This document shows, piece by piece, positions 63,278 through 64,000 of a stretch of 64,000 nt of DNA. The DNA is taken from assembly GCA_030141605.1 (NCBI GenBank), contig JAQGDQ010000099.1, positions 451,194 through 515,193 of the forward strand, read 5' to 3'. How positions within the stretch are numbered: the stretch's first letter is position 1; each line of letters opens with the position of its first letter. The notes under the pieces were generated by a model. That model saw only the letters and a list, made by a program, of their open reading frames with translations. It was not told the origin of the DNA and did not search any database. Position numbers and translations under genes: made by a program. The DNA is from Tubiluchus corallicola. Taxonomy: Eukaryota; Animalia; Priapulida.

Positions 63278-64000
63278 CTGAAACGTTACAATCAAATCAT
63301 CATTGTGAGGCTATACAATGTACAATGAGCAGTAGGAGATGTGTAATTTCTACTTAATGATTAATTAGCTATCCAGATGGACCATAGTGTCTGTGCCAAA
63401 AGTTGCAACTGTAGGCTCATGTACTGAGCAGTGTATATACTACAATTTAATCACAAATTTGATGTTCAAATGCATTACAGTATCTGTTCCATAGAGATGA
63501 AAAAACTGATTGGCCATATGAATTTGTTAGGAAAAAGTTAATATAAATGTACTTTATAGAAGCCATTATCTATATTTTTTTGTTTAAAACTGTGACTGCA
63601 AACAAACAAAAGTGACTTTTCTACTTCGCATGAAACAAAAACCACGCAGAAAAGTTCCAGAAAACGAAACAATTCTGTACCAGTCAGATGTCAGCACCAT
63701 TCATGCTGCATGTTCAGACTAGCGAGTTTTCCGTTGAGAGTTTCCTCTTTGACAACAAACTCGCAAGTGTGAATTACTTTGGGAGTAACTGTCAGCAACA
63801 AATTATAAACTCCCTGACACTAACTGAGCATGCACGGGAGTTACTTGGCGAGTTAGTTTGATGAAAAAACCAGTTTCTTTTAATACGCCTTTAAATATTG
63901 TGAAATTAATTAAAATCAATATATTTCAATCTAAATGCATTCAACTGAAAATCTTAAACACAAAATGAAAAAAAATAATTTTGCTTGAAAGATCGCCACT

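Overview
AT-rich, intron-containing animal (invertebrate-type) genomic DNA. Nearly the whole window is the 3' part of a minus-strand Drosha gene: 22 coding exons between 63277 and 716, about 879 aa covering the central domain, RNase IIIa, RNase IIIb, the dsRBD and a long basic tail. The 5' exons lie beyond the window. The 23.5-kb intron that splits RNase IIIb (24844-48323) hosts three complete antisense 4-exon genes, each encoding signal peptide + CBM14 + LDLa + chitin-deacetylase (CE4)-like domain. All three carry the same substitutions at the CE4 catalytic and metal-binding motifs, so they are probable pseudoenzymes, and their sequences are mosaic in a way that suggests gene conversion. Other notable items: a GC-AG Drosha intron, a 76-bp triplication of a Drosha splice acceptor, a TTAA-flanked long-TIR (Sola3-like) element enclosing an uninterrupted LINE endonuclease-RT ORF fused to a microsatellite, and many MITEs and simple repeats. 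All exons and alignments were read by hand and family assignments come from recalled motifs; no searches were run.
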